From Mobula hypostoma (Eukaryota), in contig NC_086108.1 in assembly GCF_963921235.1 (NCBI RefSeq), positions 48,796,001 through 48,860,000 of the forward strand: DNA of 64,000 bases, given 5' to 3'. Position numbers and translations under genes: made by a program. The notes beneath the pieces were generated by a model. That model saw only the letters and a program-made list of their open reading frames with translations. It ran no database searches and was not told the origin of the DNA. Below are positions 12,201-24,867 of the stretch, one piece after another (within the stretch, counting starts at the first letter, position 1; each line of letters begins with the position of its first letter).

Positions 12201-13179
12201 TACTCAATTCATCCACCCATGCCTGTTTAAAACCTGCAGTATTCACCCGAGCTCCATTATGTAGGATCTGATAAAAATAGGATACCGCACTACGACTAAC
12301 AGAATCAAATTTATTTATTGCCTCCAGAGACTCAGATTTGTCTAAAACTTCAAACTTGGGTATATATTTCCTAATATAATCTTGAATTTGTAAATATCTA
12401 AAAAAAACTAGATGCAGGGATATTGTAAATTGCTTGTAACTGTGCAAATGAGGCAAAGTTTCCATCAATATATAGGTCACCTGCAGTACAGATGACTCTC
12501 TGTTTCCAGGTAGAAAGAGCAGTATCATTCAGGCCAAGCAAAAAGGAATGATTGTCACAAATCGGAGTGTCAATATAAGTTTTTGGGGCCTTAATGTGTA
12601 GTTGAATCGGCTTCCAAATTCTTATAGTGCTGCCAACCACGAAGCTGTTACTAAAATGTGACTTATTAACTGCAGTGGGGCTATTAAGGAGAGCTGATAA
12701 GGATGTCTTCTTACAAAGCACTCGCTCTATGAGTAACCATGCTGGGCACGAGTCTGAGTTAGAGGGTGGGCCTTTTTTCCACCATGCAAGAATGAATAGG
12801 TGGGCAGCCCAGTAATACATTTTAACGTTCGGTAGGGCAAAACCACCTGCTTCCTTGGGCAATTAGTAATTCTAATGGCATTATAATTCCAAATGAAGGG
12901 TATAATAATTGACACCAATTGCTTAAAATATGACAGAGGAATAAAACATGGAATTGACTGGAAAAGATAAAGAAATCGTGGCAGTACAATCATCTTGATT
13001 GCTCGAATTCAATGTTTAAGAAAAGTTTGGATAGGTACATGGATGGTAGGGGTATGGAGGGCTATGGTCCTATGAAGGGTAGGTCGATGAGAGTAGGCAG
13101 TTTAAACAGTTCAGCATGGACTAGATGGGCTGAAGGGTCCATTTCTGTGCTGTACTTTTCTATGACTCTATGACTCTAT
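9258..13179 (+). mobile_element. CR1 LINE ORF2 (APE + RT), degraded, split by L1
   Basis: CVYFNARSI, VAISETWL, PEDWRIVYVVPLFKKGSKNKQGNYRPVSLTSVVGKLLE and KFADDTK, with a (TCTATGAC)n tail. Confidence 0.9.
11465..13001 (-). mobile_element. L1-clade LINE 3' fragment
   Basis: LPRFLYLFQSIP, GGFALPNVKMYYWAA and LIQFKTICRLHYS..CNRC..LSHSFWSC. 16-bp TSD CTCGAATTCAATGTTT at 11449-11464 and 13002-13017. Confidence 0.9.
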
Positions 13180-13699
13180 TCAGGAGCTTGAAGGTGCAGA
13201 CTTGGCGATTCAGGATTAGCTTCTTACCCTCAGCCATCAGATTTCTGAATTGACATTAAACTCATGAACACTACTTTTTTTTCTTTTTGCACTATGTTTT
13301 TAATTTAACTAATGATATATATACTTACTGTAATTTAGTTTTTTATTATTATGTATTGCAATGTACTGCTGCCACTTATCAACAAATTTCATCACATAAG
13401 CCAATGATGCTAAAACTGATTCTGACTCTGATTCTGAAATATCATTAAATTTATAGGACATAAATAATTCTGAACTAATTTTTGTTGTAAGGTATTATTC
13501 GCACAACAGCACAAACTATTCACAATTGTTTGATCAGGGCAAATAAGAAATTTGTGTAGATACAATATTCTATGGGACTAAAATTTCTACAAAGCTTAAT
13601 GGATTTATCAATTTCACTTGACCAGGGAGGAAAAAAAATGTTTTATCTTAGTTTCTTCTCCAGTGCATCTATCCACCTTATCTTCCTATTCAACAAAAC

Positions 13700-14530
13700 A
13701 GATCAAGGAGAGATCCAAGGAGATGCCCGAGCAGTCTAGAAAACTTGCTGCTAAGTTTAAGGAATTGAGCTGCCAAGTCTTAAGGAAAGGAAAGATTCCT
13801 TTCCGTTGATCCTTGGAGTCTAGGCTCCAAGCCATTGCTTCAGACCTCGCCTAAATTATAGATTCCCCCTCTTTGGTTCCTGTGGGATCCCGACTAGATA
13901 GTGTTGGGACTTGCACAATCCTGTTGGCCAGAACCGGCTTGTCCGCTCTTGAGGACTGGACTAGGTTTCCAGAAGATGCTGTTGCCTGAGGATACAGACG
14001 GGGATTTGGATTCTGATTTGGCCACTGCTTCTGCAAATGAACTTTGAGAGCCTAAGGAGAGGACTCTGAGGTCTATCAAGTCATCCCTGTCACCTAAGAA
14101 GCCTCATGAGTCAGCCTCAAAGGAAGGTCACCCAAACCAGTTGAAATCCCTTCATCTACAAGGACTTGGAGGTCTTCAACAAGGGCAGTGCCTCAAAGTT
14201 TCCACCACACCAACCCTACAACTGCGCTATAGACCTGCTGCCCCCCAGCCAGGATCAATTATATGCACTCTCAGGCCCAGAGAGAAGCGCAATGGAGGAA
14301 AGTATAAAGGAAGCTCTTGCCACGGGCTTCATTCAACCCTCCACCGCACCCACTGGCACAGGCTTCTTCTTCGTAGATGTACTTTGATCATAGGGGATTA
14401 AACCTCAAAGAGGCCAAAAATCGCTACCCCCTTCCACTCATGAATATGGCTTTCGAGATGCTCCAAGGGGCAAAGATATTCACAAAACTAGTCTAACGGA
14501 GTGTATGCAATCTGGTCCGTATTAGACACA
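13700..14530 (+). mobile_element. Ty3/Gypsy LTR retrotransposon internal remnant (protease-RT junction)
   Basis: [64 protein letters not shown], then [24 protein letters not shown]. Confidence 0.8.
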
Positions 14531-14749
14531 AGTAATCTCATTAAAAGGAGATTATTCTGTAACTACCCAATCTCCACAGACTAGTTTACTCCCCTGTTTA
14601 TCCTCCATGGTGAGTTTAGCTGCCAATACTCACTATTTGAGCAGTGTGTCCCCTTTCCCTACCAAGGAGATGATACTTCCAGCTAATAAAGTAATTTAAA
14701 ATACAATTCAATTATTTTCAGTGATAAATGTTTAAGCCCAAACCATATT

Positions 14750-15675
14750 CTTAATCACATTGCATCAGAGAACTGTCTGGTCCACCATCACTGACCTCAT
14801 CAACTCTGAAGAACTCCCATCTACTGCCAAAGATTTCATACTTCTCTTACCCCGCACTCCTCGCTTCTGCATCCTATCCGAGATCTACATACCTGACTGT
14901 CCAGGAAGGCCCATTGTCTCTATCTGCTCCTGCCCCACTGAACTTGTGTCCTCATCCCTCAACTCCATTTTATCCCCCTTGGTTCAGTCCCTTCCCACCC
15001 ACGTCAGCGACATCACTCATGCTCTCAATCTCTTACTAACTTTTAATTCCCTGGCCCTGACCACATGATTTTCATCATGTCCAGTCCCTATACACTTCTA
15101 TCCCCCATCAAAAAGGCCTCAAAGCTCTCCACTTCTTTCTCAATAACCAACCAACCAGGTCCCCTCCACCACCGCCCTCCTCTGTCTGAAAACCGGTCCT
15201 CACCCTCAGCAATTTTTCCTTTGGCTCCCCCCACTTTCTCCAGACTCAAGGGGTAGCCATAAGCACCCTCATAGGTACCAGCTATGTCTGCCTTTTCACT
15301 GGCTATGCAGAACAGTCCATGTTCCAAGCCTTCCATTGTGATACTCCCCAACGCTTCCTCAGCTACATTAACAATTACATTGGTTCTGCTTCATGCACCC
15401 ATGCTGAGCTTGTCAATTTTATCAACTTTGCCTCCAACTTCCACCCTGCCTTAAAATTCAGTTGCTCCAGTTCTGACACTTTCCTCCCCTTTCTCACTCT
15501 CTCTGTCTCCATCTCTGGGGACAAGCTGTCAAACAACATCTTTTATGAACCTAATGATTCCAACAGCTATCTTGCCTATACCTCTTCCCACCCTGTCTCC
15601 TGCAAAAATGTTTGTTCATTTCCATGGATTCTGCCTGACCTGCTGAGTTCCTCCAGCATTTTGTGTGTGTTACTC
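14750..15675 (+). mobile_element. Penelope-like RT core, degraded
   Basis: PRTPRFCIL..DCPGRPIVSICSCPTELVS, a RYIDD-like LSYINNYIG, FHPALKF and YLAYTSSHPVSCKN, followed by a pLTR-like tail. Confidence 0.85.
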
Positions 15676-16348
15676 CACATTCTTAAAACACATTTAGAAC
15701 TCACAGAGGATTTGTATCATAAAACATTTCCAAATTCCAAACCATCTCTAAAATATGAATGATTTTGAAAACACAAACCATTTCTAACACACAAAGTATA
15801 AAGGATTTCCAAAACACAAGTACAATTACTACAAACTAAAAAGATATAACAATGATGCAGATAAACAAATCGTCTATCGCAGAAACTGAAACCAAAGGAA
15901 TTAATTCTCGCTTACCCCAGGTTTCTTCCATATTTCTTGATGTACCTTACCCTGTTCCCAATAGGTCTGAAATGCTCTCTACATTGATACCTTTTTCCTG
16001 CCACGGGTGACTTCACACTCCTATCATATTTCCTCAGATACCTTTTTTACATAAATGGTCTAAAAACATCTTGGAGATACAGATCTCAGCTAATTGTGTA
16101 AAGCTAAATTCCATGAGTACATAAATCTCCCGACAATAATAGATCGGTTATTTGATATGCTAAGTGGTCTGCAAGCTTCCTTGAAATAAGCAACTTTTGA
16201 TTGCCTCACTACAGGAAGGATGTGGAAACCATAGAAAGGGTGCAGAGGAAATTTACAAGGATGTTGCCTGGTTTGGGAAGCATGCCTTATGAGAATAGGT
16301 TGAGTGAACTTGGCCTTTTCTCCAGTTAACTTGTCTGTTTTGAAACAA

Positions 16349-16671
16349 GCCAAATTAAACAACCCCATTGTCTTATCCTGCATTCTTGAGCAGTAATAAA
16401 GCAAGTGTGATGAGCTAACATCTATTTCGTACAGACAGAATGTATGCAAAGCTGTTCTCTAGACATTACTTGTTTTAACTTCAAACTGATTACTGCTTGC
16501 CACTTACATTTTAAGAACTAAAGACTGACTTCCATTTACAACCAGAAACTAAACAAAGCAATATTTGGAAGTTTGCTTACATCTATTTGTTAACTTACAA
16601 GTGGCAGCCGCTATGTTTAGAAAGTGATCTTTGCAGAACATGAGAAAGCAAGAAAGTGAATATCCATCACA
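16349..16671 (+). repeat. Unclassified dispersed repeat, copy 2
   Basis: Colinear with 3941-4252. Confidence 0.75.
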
Positions 16672-16784
16672 ACTTGAGATAGTCCTGTTTGCCTTTATTT
16701 TGTCCATATCCCTCGAAACCTTTCTCCACCATAGTTGCTGTCTAAATGAGTTTAAAATGTGGTCATTGTATCCACTTCTATCAA

Positions 16785-19140
16785 AGTCAAAGTAAATTTA
16801 TTACCAAGTATGTCTGTGTCAGAATATACTACCTTGAGATTCATTTTTATCCTGGCATTTACAGGAAAATAAAGAAATACAATAGAATTTACAGAAGACT
16901 ACACATAAAGATTGAAAAACAACCAATGCGCAAAAGATGATAAATCATGCAAATAATAACAAGAGTAAATAGATAATACTGAGACCATGAACTGCAGAGT
17001 CCTTCAAAGTAAGTCTATAGGTTGTGGAGTCAGCTTACCATTGAGTTGGGTGAAGTTATCTATGCTGGTTCAGAAGCCTGATGCCTGATGGTTGAAAGAT
17101 AATACCTGTTCCTCATCCTGGCAATGTGGGACCTAAGATTTCTGTACCTTCTGACCAATGGTATTAGCGAGAAGAGAGAATGGCTGAGATGATGGGGGTC
17201 CTTGATGATGGGTACTCTTTTCTTATGGCAGCACTCCTCGTAAATGTGCTCAACGAAAGCAAGGGATTTCCTCGTGTTGGACTGGATATTATCCACAACT
17301 CCACAAGGTACCGGAGGATTGGAGGGAGGCGAATGTTGTTCCCTTGTGCAAAGAAGGTAGTAGGGATAGTCCGAGTAATTATAGACCAGTGAGCCTTATG
17401 TCTGTGGTGGGAAAGCTGTTGGAAAAGATTCTTAGAGATAGGATCTCTGGGCATTTAGAGAATCATGATCTGATCAGCTACAGTCAGCATGGCTTTGTGA
17501 AGGGCAGATAGTGTCTAACAAGCCTGACAGAGTTCTTTGAGGAGGTGACCAAGCATATAGATGAGGGTAGTGCGGTGGATGTGATCTACATGGATTTTAG
17601 TAAGGCATTTGACAAGGTTCCACACAGTAGGCTTATTCAGAAAGTCAGAAGGCATGGGATCCAGGGAAGTTTGGCCAGGTGGATTCAGAATTGGCTTGCC
17701 TGCAGAAAGCAGAGGGTCATGGTGGAGGGAGTACATTCGGATTGGAGGATTGTGACTAGTGGTGTCCCACAAGGATCTGTTCTGGGACCTCTACTTTTTG
17801 TGATTTTTATTTAACGACCTGGATATGGGGGTAGAAGGGTGGGTTGGCAAGTTTGCAGACGACACAAAGGTGGTGGTGTTGTAGATAGTGTAGAGGATTG
17901 TCAAAGATTGCAGAGAGACATTGATAGGATGCAGAAGTGGGCTGAGAAGTGACAGATGGAGTTCAACCTGGAGAAGTGTGAGATGGTACACTTTGGAAGG
18001 ACAAACTCCAAGGCAGAGTACAAAGTAAATGACATGATACTTGGTAGTGTGGAGGAGCAGAGGGATCTGGGGATACATGTCCTCAGATCCCTGAAAGTTG
18101 CCTCACAGGTAGATAGGGTAGTTAAGAATGCTTATGGGGTGTTAGCTTTCATAAGTCGAGGGATAGAGTTTAAGAGTCGCAAGGTAATGATGCAGCTCTA
18201 TAAAACGACAGTTTGGCCACACTTGGAGTACTGTGTCCAGTTCTGATTGCCTCACTATAGGAAGGATTGGAAAGGGTACAGAGGAGATTTACCAGGGTGC
18301 TGTCTGGTTTAGAGAGTATGGATTATGATCAGCGATTAAGGGAACTAGGGCTTTACTCTTTGGAGAGAAGGAGGATGAGAGGAGACATGATAGAGGTGTA
18401 CAAGATATTAAGAGGAATAGATAGAGTGGATAGCCAGCGCCTCTTCCCCAGGGCACCACTGCTCAATACAAGAGGACATGGCTTTAAGGTAAGGGGTGGG
18501 AAGTTCAAGGGGGATATTAGAGGAAGGTTTTTTACTCAGAGAGTGGTTGGTGCATGGAATACACTGCCTGAGTCAGTGGTGGAGGCAGATACACTAGTGA
18601 AGTTTAAGGGACTAGTAGACAGGTATATGGAGGAATTTAAGGTGGGGGGTTATATGGGAGGCAGGGTTTGAGGGTCAGCACAACATTTTGGGCCGAAGGG
18701 CCTGTACTGTGCTGTACTATTCTATGTTCTATGTTCTATATTCTTGTAGACATTTTTATTCCTGGGCATTGGTGCTTCCATGCCAGACCACGCTGCAACC
18801 AGTTAGGATTTTCTCCACTGTGCATCTTCAAAAAATTGTCGAAGTTTTAGATGATATGCTGAATTTATGCAAACTTCTGAGAAAGTAGAGGCATTGTCAT
18901 ACCTTCTTCATGATGGCACTAACATGCTGGTTGCAGCACAGATCCTCTGATATGGCAGCTCTCAGGAATTTAAGGTTACTGAGCCCTCTCCACCTCCGAT
19001 CTCCCAATGAGGACTGGCTCATGGATGTCTGGCATCTTCCTCCTGTTGTGAATAATCAGTTCTTTTGTGTTGCTAACATTGAGTGAGAGGTTGTTGTTGT
19101 GGCACCATTCAACCAGATTTTCAATTTATCTCCCATATGC
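16785..19140 (-). mobile_element. Rex1/Babar-like LINE 3' part, split by CR1
   Basis: IIKDPHHLSHSLFSLIPLVRRYRNLR on the minus strand; resumes at about 18740. Confidence 0.7.
17303..18740 (+). mobile_element. CR1 LINE RT and 3' end
   Basis: [31 protein letters not shown] and KFADDTK; closely similar to the 6703-8702 CR1. Confidence 0.92.
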
Positions 19141-20914
19141 TATATCACTTCCTGTGGTAATTTGTTCCATATGACCACCTCCCTTTTGTGGAAAAAATGG
19201 TCCTGTGGGCCCCCTTTAAGTCTTTCCTTTCTCACTTTAAAACAATATCCTTTATTTTATACTTTTTTTTACCTTTGAGAAAAGGCAGTGAGCATTTACC
19301 TCATCTATGCCTCTCATGATTGTATCCCTCTGCCTCTTGCTCTCCAGGATAAACAACCCAGCCTATCCAATCTCTCCTTACAATTCAAACCCTCCCATTC
19401 CAGTAACATCTTTGCCAGCCGTAGACTACTTGATAAGGTCAAACCCACCTGTCTATTAAGGCCATTTCATCTTTACGTATGAATGCTTTAAGATCTCAGT
19501 ACTGCTTCAGGTCCTACCTGCACCAATCCAGTAGCTGAATGCATCTCACTTCCACGCTAGCAGTTTCAGTACAAAAATGTAGCCAGCCAACTTGATGGCT
19601 CGATACTTCTTTGCACCTCGGAATATCACATTCTCACATGCCGCCACCGTGACTGGCAATTCTGCATGATCCTTGCAGAGTTATGTCAAAGTGCAACAAT
19701 TTTGGTAGTGCTTCCTTTGAAAGAACTAAGCCTATCATTCATGACAGTAGGACACTCACCAATACTTCATATGTCCCATGCCCTCTAGCAGTAACCCTAT
19801 CAACAACTCTAGCAGCAACATTCGCAAAAGTTTCTTTGGGAGGTGGTGTGCTCTTTCTTGCCACCTGTGCTGAGCCTATTGTTGCTCAAAAATGTTTGGA
19901 CTTACTGTTCACAGGCAACAAAGTCTATTTACAGGTGCTAATTATCATGGACTCCAGACATTTGGCTCCTGTTCGGAATCATCTGAGTTGGGGAATCATC
20001 TAGATGGGGAGGGGAAAGGACAGAATGACGTAGAAAATAAAATTAGGCAGTGGCATGCCTAATAGTTAACAGTCGTAGGCACTGCACAGATTATTGCAGA
20101 CATCCGTAAGGTCTTTCCCTTTTTTTGTGATTAACAAGTGGCAGCTCTCTCTGGTCAAACAAGAAATTGATCAGAATGAGACTAAAATGCAAGCATTTTG
20201 TCAGGGAAACAACCTTGACTTATCTTTCCCTTAACCCTCCTTGATTATCCCATTGTCTGAGAGTTTGCATTATTTCCCACCCTGATATTGAAGTAAATGA
20301 CAAGAATCAATTTGTCTCCCTCTGGATATGGGCTGGATTATTTGAGGTCAAAATAACAATGCTCCTTAGACTCATCCATGGCTCCCAGAGATGGACTGTG
20401 TGCACCCATGAACGTAGCTTGCTGGTAAGAGTGAACTAGAAGGTCATTAAGTTTTCGCTTATCCCTCAGGTGTTATTGCTGTGACACCACACTATTATTC
20501 ATAATGGCAAAGTCCACTAACTGAACGTGCCATGCCTCTTTCAGTTTGTTCTTCCAGAAGATGATGTGTTCACCACGTTGTCCATCTCCTGTTCCACTCA
20601 GAGCAGCCAAATCCCAAAAAAAAATGCACATTCTGTATCAACAAATGAAAACATGGAGATAGCAGAGACCCCCTGCCTTCAACCTTACATACTGCATGCC
20701 CTGAGGCTGGACGTAACCATGCTCTCACCAACATTCTTGTTTCCTGTCTCTTAATCCATGCCATTTCTGGGTCTTCAAGTCCCAACCATACCCTGGAACT
20801 CTGCTGTTGAAAAACCACTGAGTTACAAATATTGAAGCAGTATTTTTCTATATCTCACGCGCATATAATATCCCACACTTAGACATAATATGCAGATATA
20901 CAACATGTTTCCCA

Positions 20915-23070
20915 TTTGTGATGGACAGGGTCCTGGATAGAATACAATTGTCAATAGCTCTCTGTATAACTTTCACTGCCTTGTCTTCTTCAACTTCCTT
21001 GGTAACTTACTTGAAAAAATCTTTATGATTGGTTAGGTATGACCTACTACACATGAAGCCATGCTAACTACCCTTAATCAGTCCTTGTCTATCCAAATAT
21101 TTATATATCCAGTCCCTCAGAATACCTTCCAATAACCTTCTCACTACTGATATCAGGCTCACTGGCCTATAATTTCCTAATTTATTTTTAGAACCTTCCT
21201 TGGACAGCAGAACAACATTAACTATTCTCCAATCCTTTGGGCCTCAGCTGTCAGTTAGAATGATTTCAATATCTCGGGTAGGGCCCCGCCAATTTCTACA
21301 CTTGCTCCTGTAGAATTGAGGGGTACACCTTTTATTCTGACAGGCACATAACATGCTTTATACTCTCAAAATATCACTTTTGAAGGCCTCCCACTTACCA
21401 AATTCACCTTAGCCAGAAAACAGCCTGTCCCAATGCACACTTGCCAGATTATTTTTCATAGCATCAACACTGGCTTTTCTCCAATCTACAATCTCAACCC
21501 CTAAACCTATTTTTTTGCATATTTACTTTGAAAGTCATGGCATTGTGATCACTAAATATGAAGTGTTTCCCTACGTTAACTTTTGTCACCTGCCCTGTCT
21601 CGCTCCCTCATAGCAGATCAAGATTCAAACACTCTCTCATTGGGATTTCTACGTACCGATTAAGGAAACTTTAATGAACCCATTGACAAACTCTATCCCA
21701 TTTAGTTCTTTTACAGTATGGGAGTCCCAGTCAATATGTGGAAAGTTAAAATCATCTACAATAACAGCCTTATGTATCTTTCAACAGTCTGTGACCTCCT
21801 TAAAGCTTTGTTCCTATAAAACCCTCGGACTGTTGGGTGGTCTGTAATATAGTCCCATTAATGTGGTCGTGCCTTTCTTATTCCTCATTTCCAGCCATAA
21901 TGCCTTACTAAAGGAGTTCTCCAGTTTGTCTTGACTGAGCACTGCTGTGACATTTTTCTTGACTAGTAACGCCACCCCTCCTCCTTTAATCCCTCCCACT
22001 CTGTCACGTCTAAAACAACGGAGACATAGCATATTGAGCTGCCAGTCCTGCCCCTCCTGCAACTGAGTTTCACTAATGGCAAAGATATCATAATTCCAGG
22101 TGTTGATCCACGCCCTGAGCTCATTTGCCTTTCCTTTGATACTTCTTGCATTGATATATACACAGCTCAGGACACTAGTCGCACCATACTCAACCTTTTG
22201 ATTCCTGGCTTTGTCTGAGGCTGCCTCCACAATCTCTCCACTATCTGTTCTGGCACGCTGATTCCCATCCCCCTGTAACCGTCGTTTAAATCCCACCATG
22301 CAGCAGTAATAAACTTTTCTGCTGGGATATTAGTCCCCTTCCAGGTCATGTGCAAACTGACTCTTCTGTACAAATCCCACCTTTCCTGGAAGAGAGTAAA
22401 ATGATCCAAAAATCTTATTTCCTCCTTCCTACACCAAATCCTTAGCAATGCGTTAAGCTGTATAATCTTTCTCTTCCTGGCTTCACTAGATATGACACGG
22501 GTAGTAAGCCGGAGATCACAACCCTGGAAGTACTGCCCTTTGACCCCTCTCTCTCTGGCTATCCATCCCATAGGATGATGATGGTTCCTTTCAGTCAGTT
22601 AGTGGGGTTGACCCCACTCTCAGAAAGGAACAGCGTGTGCGTGAATGGATTTACATGTTTAGGGGGTTGCACAGGTCCAGACCCACCCTCTCGACATCCC
22701 CCTCCGGATCCAGCGGCATGGTGGGGTCCAAGACGGCTGGGGGAAGTTCTGTTTCAGTGAGTGGCCAGACCAAGCTTTGATGCAAGGGATGCCCTTTCCG
22801 CGCTTCACAGTACATGTTTGCTAGATGGCCGTTGACCCTCCGAGAGGGTTCATCCGCCCTTTGACAGGTCTCGTTTTTCGTCCTGCAGGGTGTCTAGCCA
22901 CCCTCCTCACCAGGCAAGCCTGGTGGGGGAGCCAGTTTAATCGTCAACCACCCGACCATGCGACAGCTAGTACTGGGTTACATGGTATCAGTAGCACTCA
23001 GACCAGTGACCTGACCTGCCCTTTGACCTAGCACCTAACTCGCTGAACTCCCTTTGCAGAACCTCATCAC
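20915..23070 (-). mobile_element. CR1 LINE, ORF1 C-terminus (esterase-like) plus APE, degraded
   Basis: QLNALLRIWCRKEEIRFLDH..DLYRRVSLHM; CVYINARSIKGKANELRAWINTWNYDIFAISET..GGGVALLV..YYRPPNS. Confidence 0.85.
22546..23015 (-). mobile_element. RTE-type non-autonomous retroposon (SINE-like), 470 bp
   Basis: 13-bp TSD CTGCCCTTTGACC at 22533-22545 and 23016-23028, a (GA)n tail and a 3' stem-loop. Shares a motif with 56911-57033. Confidence 0.65.
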
Positions 23071-23351
23071 TCAACGTGGTGGAACACAAAGGGCTAACAG
23101 TGGCTGGAATCTGAAAATAAAGGAGGTGAAAATGGGAACTATCAGGGAAGAGGTGAATGGCAAACAGAACCACAACCAGCTGGGGATGGGGATAGGGTGA
23201 GGAGAGGGTGAAACCTGTGGGTGAACTGTGTGTATGCAGTGGGTGAATAGAACCAGGAAGGGGTGATAGCGGGGTGGGGGGGGGAGGTGCAGAATTCAGG
23301 GAAAGGAGACAAAAAAATGTAACAACCAGAAGAAAATCAAAAAGTGGGGAA

Positions 23352-24160
23352 AGTTCAAGTTCAAGTTTAATTATCACTGAACCATACATTAATACCAAAG
23401 AATACCACCAAATGAAACAGTGTTACAATGGGGCAAAGGTGCATAACACAGTCACGCACAGCACATATAAGATATCAGTAAAATACAGACACACAAAAAA
23501 CTGTGTAGCCCAAGACCCTGAATCCATGAATGCTGCAGCTGTCTGCAGTCGAACACAATACAGGTATGTCCTGACGAAGGGTTCCAGCCCGAAACATCGA
23601 CTGATCGCTTCCACGGATGCTGCCCGACCTGCTGAGTTCCTCCAGCATGTTGTGAGTGTTGATACAACTTCTCTTCTGCCGAGCGAGCACCGACTCCAGC
23701 CTCACTGTCTCCGCTGGAGTGCACCGACTCTAACACCCCTTCCCTGGGTGGCTCTAAACAGGCTTGAGGCCTAGTCTTTGCTACAACCAAGGCCACGTGG
23801 CTCTCCTGCTGTCCGCCAATATATTAATGAGTCGGACTTGCAACATTCCACACTCACAATGTCCAACAGGGTCTTGCAATCACAAGAAAAGTGATTAAGA
23901 CAATCACTCGGTGTGAGACTGCACACCACCTTCACGCACCGATGCCTCTCTGATTCAGGCAGCACCACAATCCGCACCAAGTCCAGCTCTTTCAGTTTCT
24001 CCACCAACGGGCAACTCGCTGATGGGGTAGACCTGCAGAACTTAAAGTCCTTAATGTCCAGCATGGTCTTGCGATCATAAAGAGTCCTTAAAAAAAGACA
24101 ATAACAGCTTTGGTTGACCCTGTAGAAGCTGTTGCGATCGAGCGTACTGCCATCTTACTG
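23352..24160 (-). mobile_element. Non-autonomous LINE-tailed element, unclassified
   Basis: (TTGAAC)n tail at the left end and an AAGATGGC-type 5' start at the right end; no RT similarity seen. Confidence 0.45.
23563..23661 (+). mobile_element. 99-bp Penelope-pLTR-derived insertion carrying a hammerhead motif
   Basis: GTC-CTGACGA-A-GGGT(tcca)GCCC-GAAAC-ATC-GAC followed by gatgctgcccgacctgctgagttcctccagca. Flanking ATACA at 23558-23562 and 23662-23666. Confidence 0.7.
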
Positions 24161-24867
24161 GAATATTAGCTAAAACTGAAAAACTCAGCATCTCCTTTGA
24201 GCCTTCATTCATATTGCTCTAAGTTGCCCCAATCATTAACAAGCATTCGTCCCCTTCTCTGAAACAAAGGACCATTTGGAATTTAAGAGATTCTGCAGAT
24301 GCTGGAAATCTTAAGCAAACACACAAAGCAGAATGTCAGGCAGCATCTATGTAGGGAAATAAGCAGTCAAATGTTTTGGGCCAAGACCCTTCACCAGGAC
24401 TCTAGACTTGATCACAGACCTTTGCTTTGTTTCTATCTCTCTCTCTATCTCTCTCTCTATCTCTATCTCTGTCTCTCTCTGTTAAGTCTCTGCATTCAGG
24501 ACACAATTGTTTTCTTAGCTTGCCAGTTCCAAGGAAAGGCCAACAACCTGAAATGCTGCCTGGCCCATTGAGTATCTCCAGCATTTTCCATTTTAGTTGA
24601 GATCTACAGCATCTGCAGGTGTTTTGCTTTTCAGATAAGAAATTCAGTTGGCCTTACTTGCAGTTAGAGCTGGCAATTTAACTGCCTTTGGTTCTTCTAA
24701 CAGAACTGATTCAAATTGCTGTTGATTATGTTTTCAAAACAAATTTCTCCAGACTTGCCTTTTGTTTCACCTCTTATAATTTACACAATTTAATCATTTC
24801 CACACTCACTTCTACTCTGGTGCAAAACTGGTGGGGAAAAAGAGATCATAAACGTTCAGAAAAATGA

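Larger units (their letters stand above)
5985..13440 (+). mobile_element. Rex1/Babar-like LINE, degraded, split by two CR1 insertions
   Basis: WQCLQAITSYK..DASLPNKLNDSYACFE, LQFVYYHNRFTVDAISLALH, LNVSKTKELILDFRK and IIKDPHHPGHDLFSLL. Pieces at about 5985-6702, 8703-9257 and 13180-13440; ends in a (GATTCT)n-like tail. Confidence 0.75.

Noticed and set aside
15912..16060. Minus-strand segment with an acceptor and two GTAAG donors
   Set aside because: Stops in all three frames and no recognisable homology; it cannot be called an exon without transcript data.
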